Positions 59,798 through 64,000 of a stretch of 64,000 nt of DNA are shown here, piece by piece (position 1 is the first letter of the stretch; every line of letters begins with the position of its first letter). Source of the DNA: Arenicellales bacterium (lineage in GTDB: Bacteria > Pseudomonadota > Gammaproteobacteria > Arenicellales > JAJDZL01); assembly GCA_965213865.1 (NCBI GenBank), contig OZ243928.1:2441003-2505002 (forward strand), given 5' to 3'. A model generated the notes under the pieces. The model was not told where the DNA came from and ran no database searches. It saw only the letters and a program-made list of their open reading frames with translations. The position numbers and the translations under genes are program-made.

Positions 59798-60277
59798 TCA
59801 ATCACACTGAGGATAGAAGTTTCCCTTAGTATCAGCTGTCAACTTGCGAATCTCGCCAATGGTGATTGTTTTACATTCATGCCGTATCCACTCACTGGTA
59901 TGATAGCCACCAATACCGCCGCTAAAACCATCCTTCTCACAGCGGAATCGGATATCGCAAGCGCAATGCTCGGGGCTCGTTGCTGTCTTGAGCCTTTCCA
60001 GCCATGCCTCTCCTTGAGGAGTAATAAGATCGGTATCTACGTCTAACATATACTGGTTCCACCTCATATCGTCGTATATGAAGCACCGCGGTCGCCAGCC
60101 GCCGCCATTTCCTGCATGACTGCTTTGAAATGCCCATTTGCAGTGCTGCGGAGTCACGCCCCAAAGATACTCGCAAATAGGAATTTCATCCGCCTGCCCT
60201 TCCTCAGGATATGCAGAAAACATTCCAATTATTACCAAGGACATGAATGCCAAGAAAAATTGTTTGGCTTCTAACAT
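59798..60277 (-). CDS. hypothetical secreted cysteine-rich protein (159 aa)
   Basis: ATG 60277 is preceded by GGGGGAGG 5 nt upstream. The N-terminus MLEAKQFFLAFMSLVIIGMFSAYPEEGQA looks like a signal peptide. The mature part has 8 Cys. I recognise no family. Confidence 0.55.
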   Translation of the reverse strand: MLEAKQFFLAFMSLVIIGMFSAYPEEGQADEIPICEYLWGVTPQHCKWAFQSSHAGNGGGWRPRCFIYDDMRWNQYMLDVDTDLITPQGEAWLERLKTATSPEHCACDIRFRCEKDGFSGGIGGYHTSEWIRHECKTITIGEIRKLTADTKGNFYPQCD

Positions 60278-60347
60278 GACAGCCTCCCCCAAAATTCTTA
60301 AAAAAATTATAAATATGAACCCTTTTCTTTTAGAAAAAACCGACCTT

Positions 60348-61328
60348 ATTATTAACTCAAGTTTCGGGGTTCAAAAAAGCCCGAAACAATGACTTAATAC
60401 ATTATACATTGTTTTTTATGATCAATAAGGTCTCCTTTCTGCTATAATCCGCGTATCGCCAATCCAGATTGGATTGCAGCCGCATGAAAGAGCGCCGCCA
60501 GGCGATCCTGCATGCGGCCATACCAGAAAGGAGACCCTGAAAATGCACGGTCATTATAAGTGACACCCCAGCCCCCGAGCTGCCGAAATTGATCCAGGCC
60601 CGTCCTCAGCGGCAATCCGCCGGTCGACAACCTGTTCCTGGAAGCCTGGCAGTCCTTGCGCCTCGGCGCCTGCGCCAAGCGCGGCGGCGGCGATGCGCCC
60701 GTCTCTGAGCCAGACCGGGGGCTAGCGGCGCAGATGGCCAGAAGAGCGCTGCGCGCCGTCAAGCTGGTGTCTGTCCGCGGCCTGCAGCTCAATGCGGACC
60801 AGGCCGGCAAGGCTCGCCCTGTTCCTGAGCGCCGATGCAGAGCTGGATGCCGTCGAGATGCTGGAAGCCTGCTCGATGCGGCTCTCCATCGAGGTGTATC
60901 TCAAGGCATCGAGGCACAATCTCAAATGGCGCGGCGAGCAGACCCGCTCCTTTGCCTCGCACAGCGCCTCGCTGCACCGGTCGGCGGCATACTGCGCTGA
61001 TTCCGGTGCATCTGGCGCTGGACCCCGAGCGCCAGGCCACGCTCGGCGAGGCGCGCAGCGAGATCGCCGGGCAGGCGACGCGGCTCAGCTGTGCCCGGCA
61101 GCTGCGGAAGAGGTTCCGGGTCATCATCCGCAATGCCGTCCATTCGGTGCCAGATGCGGCGGGCCGCCAGGCACAGGCGGTGATGGCGGCGGCTGGCCGG
61201 CAGATGGCGATGTTTTTTGCCGAGGCCCTGCAGCTGGAACCGCGGATCATTCAGCATGAGCACGGCCTGGATGCGCCCGCTGGCGGCTGAAATCAGGCCA
61301 TTTGAACCCCGAAACTTGAGTTGTTAAT
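60348..61328 (+). mobile_element. internally deleted, GC-rich IS remnant (IS4/IS701-like transposase fragments) bounded by inverted repeats
   Basis: AACTCAAGTTTCGGGGTTCAAA (60354-60375) is the perfect reverse complement of 61301-61322, extendable to 28 bp with 2 mismatches. Inside are frameshifted fragments including LFLSADAELDAVEMLEACSMRLSIEVYLKASRHNLKW (DDE C-terminal region). The last frame ends at TGA 61288-61290, 10 nt before the right repeat. Confidence 0.65.
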
Positions 61329-61405
61329 CTGAAGTTTGAACCCTCAATGGCCGATTGCTGAAGCTGCATATAGCCCATTGTCAAAATTATTTTTCCTGAT
61401 TCTGT

Positions 61406-63149
61406 CTACATTGTATTTTTCTCAGGCAGCGAGCTGATTGAATCCAGCAGTTCGAGCGCCTGCAACTGCTTGTCACTGGCCGAAGTATCGAGTTCAAATG
61501 TGACCTCGTCACCCTTGGGGCTTTTCGCCACACACCGATTGCGGGTCATGGTTTCAAGATGCTTGACGAGCGTTCGAAAGCAGCAAGCCGGCGAGCCGTC
61601 ATCAAGTTTATGGGCGGATGCTTTGTTTCGCGCTTCACGCGAGCGGGTGAGCGGCTTGACCGGGTCTCGGGAATCATTGATCTGATCCAGATGCGGGTCT
61701 GAGAACAGCAGCGGCTTCCATGCCTGTCGCAGGCGCCACTCGACATAACAGGCGAGCATGCAAAGGAAAATGTGCGCGCGGACCCGGGCCGCGGTGCGGT
61801 GATGCACCGGACGCACCTGCAGGCTGACGGTTTTGATGCAGCGAAACGCCCGCTCCACATCCGCCAGGCGCTTGTAGTTTCGAACGCAGCTGCCGGCGCT
61901 CATGGAAGCGGCATCCAGCGAGGTGCGAATCACGCAGACGCCGTCGAGCGCCGCTTCCAGCGCAATGCTGTCCTCGTCTTTTCGGCAGTCAAGCCGCTGC
62001 TCGGAAATCTCGCAGATGAAATGCTTTTTGACCTTGCATGCGTTGATCACCTCGCCGACCTTCAGCGCAATCTCGGCGGCGCCGCGCAAGCGCCCGGCCG
62101 CGACACTTTTGACCACGGCATCCAGCTTTTTCTCGGTCGCTTGCAGCAAATCATTGCGCACCGCAGCGCGTTTTTTTGCGAGCTGCCGGCTGCGGCACGC
62201 AATCAGCCGCTCAGTCGGATAGTCCGGATGCAGGATCTCAAACAGATTGACCTCATCGAAGCGCGCCATCGGCAACCCTCCGTCGCGCAGCAGCTTGCGG
62301 ATCGAAACGCTTTTCAATGCGCTGATCCAGTGCAAGCCGTCCATCTTCGCCAGTGCGTCAATATCCACCTGCGTCACCATGCCGCGGTCGCCGACCACCA
62401 CCAGGCGCTTGATGCCGAAACGATTTTGCAGCTGGCGAATCTCAGGGATCAGCGTCTGGCTGTCGCGCAGCGACCCCCTGCACACCCGCACCGACAGCGG
62501 CCGGCCTTGCAGGTCGCACAGCAAGGCGAAATTCACCTGCAGCCTGCCTTTTTTGCCATCTCTGCTATAGCCGAACTCAGCGAGCGGACAGCGGCTGCCT
62601 TCCAGATAGGTGGAACTCATGCCAAACAGCGCCAGTGCGCCGCGCTGAAGGTGGCGTCTGACCAGTTTGCCCTCAATCACATTTTGGCGTTTCAACAGCC
62701 AGTCCATGGCTTTGTACAGATCATCAGCGCCGGTGTGGCGGAGGTGAAAATAATCTCCCAGCGTCGTATCGTCCCACCATCGCCAGGTGGCAAGCTGGGT
62801 GTGCGGGCGCATGATGCGCGCGGCAATCATCGCGCACACAAGGTCGCGCTGAGGGCTTGGTTTTGAGCTGATCAGCGAGACCATGCCAAGGCGCTTGAAA
62901 GCGTCGATGAGCGCTTTGACTGCGCCGTGCTTGCGGCTGGCGGTGATGTCGAATGCGTGTTCCGCGCTGACCAGCTTGTCGCCTTTTAAAATGCTGCGCA
63001 CCGCATCGACAGCGGCTGGCGGCAGGCCGGTGAGGCTGGCGTGGGTTTTCTTTTTTGGCTGGTTGTTTTGGTCTCTGTCAGCTGGAGCGCACGAGCACGG
63101 TGCGGTAGGATTTTCCGTTTCTTTTGGAGGTTGCGACGTTGAGGTGCAT
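61406..63149 (-). pseudogene. IS1634-like (IS4 superfamily) DDE transposase with an N-terminal frameshift
   Basis: The 531-aa ORF (61406..63001) has VVVGDRGMV and other IS4-superfamily features. Upstream, ATG 63149 opens MHLNVATSKRNGKSYRTVLVRSS(TGA 63080-63078). The next frame continues DRDQNNQPKKKTHASLTGLPPAAVDAVRSILKG into the long ORF. Element ends were not identified. Confidence 0.7.
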
Positions 63150-63361
63150 TGGGTGCCGGCGCTTGAGCGCTTGAGCGCTGTCTAATGAAATGAAATTATA
63201 ATACATTCTTATATTGGCATAATAAGAATATATTTTCAAATAAAGAAGATATTGCTGTCTGCATATGAAAAAATTGCAGCAAGGCTGCAGAGCAAAAAAG
63301 TTTTAGAAAATAAGAAGTTACGCCGACCGAAGCGGAAAAAGAGGGTCAGAACTTCGGTATA

Positions 63362-63694
63362 ATGCCCGCCATGCTCGACTACACAGACAACGAATTGAGA
63401 GTGATTCACGAAACGCTGAAAAAACGTTTTGCGAATGAGATTGAGATTCATCTTGCCGATTGCGAAATCAAGCCGGATGCAAGCACCAAGCAGGTTGAGG
63501 ATCGACCCGCAGTGTACTGGCACGCCAATCACTGCAATTTCATCGTCGTCAAGCTCAATTCCAGTCAATTTCAAGGCCGCTATTTCTATACTGCGGAAGA
63601 TGACAGCGGCGAGGGGCTTCAGCAATACACCAATATTGAGAACTGCGTCATCGCCCTGCTCGACAGTCAGGCAGCGCAGGCAAGCCGCACCTGA
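63362..63694 (+). CDS. hypothetical protein (110 aa)
   Basis: The ORF has protein-like composition (MPAMLDYTDNELRVIHETLKKRFANEIEIHLADCEI...). The opposite-strand ORF 63236..63625 looks like a shadow. I recognise no family. Confidence 0.45.
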   Translation: MPAMLDYTDNELRVIHETLKKRFANEIEIHLADCEIKPDASTKQVEDRPAVYWHANHCNFIVVKLNSSQFQGRYFYTAEDDSGEGLQQYTNIENCVIALLDSQAAQASRT

Positions 63695-63767
63695 TCGGGC
63701 AGAAACTGCTGCCCATCACGCGCGCAGCGCCCGCTTGGCTCAACAAAAACAGCGACAGGCTCAAACC

Positions 63768-64000
63768 ATGGCAAAGCCCGGCAACCTGATTTACGCTCAG
63801 TCTGGCGGTGTAACCGCCGTCATCAATGCATCCGCCGCAGCCGTCATCGAAACCGCAAGACTCTACCCTGATCAAATCGTGAGCCGCTTCTGTCCGCATG
63901 ATCTGCGGCCGCATGATTTTAAACAGCAGCAACCCGATCGACTGCACTGCAACCAGTTCACAGGCAAGGGGGGGGGGATTGGCAGACTAGAGTTACAGGT
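63768..64000 (+). CDS. PPi-type/group-B 6-phosphofructokinase-like N-terminus. It is open to the window edge, but homology is lost after about 37 codons.
   Basis: MAKPGNLIYAQSGGVTAVINASAAAVIETARLYPDQI matches the YAQSGG.TAVINAS motif of Pfp-type PFKs. The frame runs off the right edge and is not in the ORF track. Confidence 0.55.
   Translation, partial: MAKPGNLIYAQSGGVTAVINASAAAVIETARLYPDQIVSRFCPHDLRPHDFKQQQPDRLHCNQFTGKGGGIGRLELQ

Noticed and set aside
60442-61290. Five mutually overlapping ORFs of 113-155 aa on both strands, which could be mistaken for a dense novel overlapping-gene module.
   Set aside because: The segment is very GC-rich, so stop codons are rare in all frames. The recognisable content is a frameshifted transposase remnant bounded by inverted repeats.

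Overview
This 64-kb segment looks like chromosome from a gammaproteobacterium-type organism, about 50% GC by eye (not computed).

The backbone is conserved housekeeping synteny:
- pheT-pheS-rplT-rpmI-infC-thrS with tRNA-Val
- uvrB and a class-I aminotransferase
- tRNA-Asn, an ATP-grasp gene, an IscA/ErpA-like gene, yggX
- recO-era-rnc-lepB and rseB-rseA-rpoE
- nadB and NAD-malic enzyme
- sdhE-sdhBADC plus a DUF1674 gene
- ygfZ, ftsB-eno-kdsA-pyrG, tilS-accA
- the 5' end of a PPi-PFK-like gene at the right edge

A quaternary-amine locus lies at 16.0-25.4 kb. It holds a choline-kinase-like gene, a ProXVW-type importer, a DMGDH-like oxidoreductase and an FMN glutamate-synthase-like protein.

Accessory and decaying DNA is interspersed:
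1. A roughly 1000-aa autotransporter has its signal peptide split by a G10 tract. This is a candidate phase switch, currently out of frame. A frameshifted IS4-superfamily transposase remnant sits next to it.
2. Two GC-rich Rpn (YhgA-like) nuclease genes are present.
3. An orphan AAA_16-like P-loop NTPase family has one intact copy, one copy with an in-frame TAG, and one inverted 46-codon 5' fragment.
4. An island of about 7.8 kb (55.5-63.4 kb) carries an EcoRV-like R-M operon. Its methylase is interrupted by an IS1595-family element with 26-bp inverted repeats and an 8-bp target duplication. Its endonuclease has Gly at the catalytic Asp74-equivalent position. The island also holds a Cys-rich secreted orphan, an internally deleted GC-rich IS remnant and a frameshifted IS1634-like transposase.

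I found no CRISPR array, rRNA gene, prophage or reverse transcriptase. I could not identify a clearly new multi-gene system. The strongest leads are the decaying R-M module, the homopolymer-switched autotransporter and the rearranging NTPase family. All homology statements come from my reading of the translations and from remembered family motifs, not from database searches.
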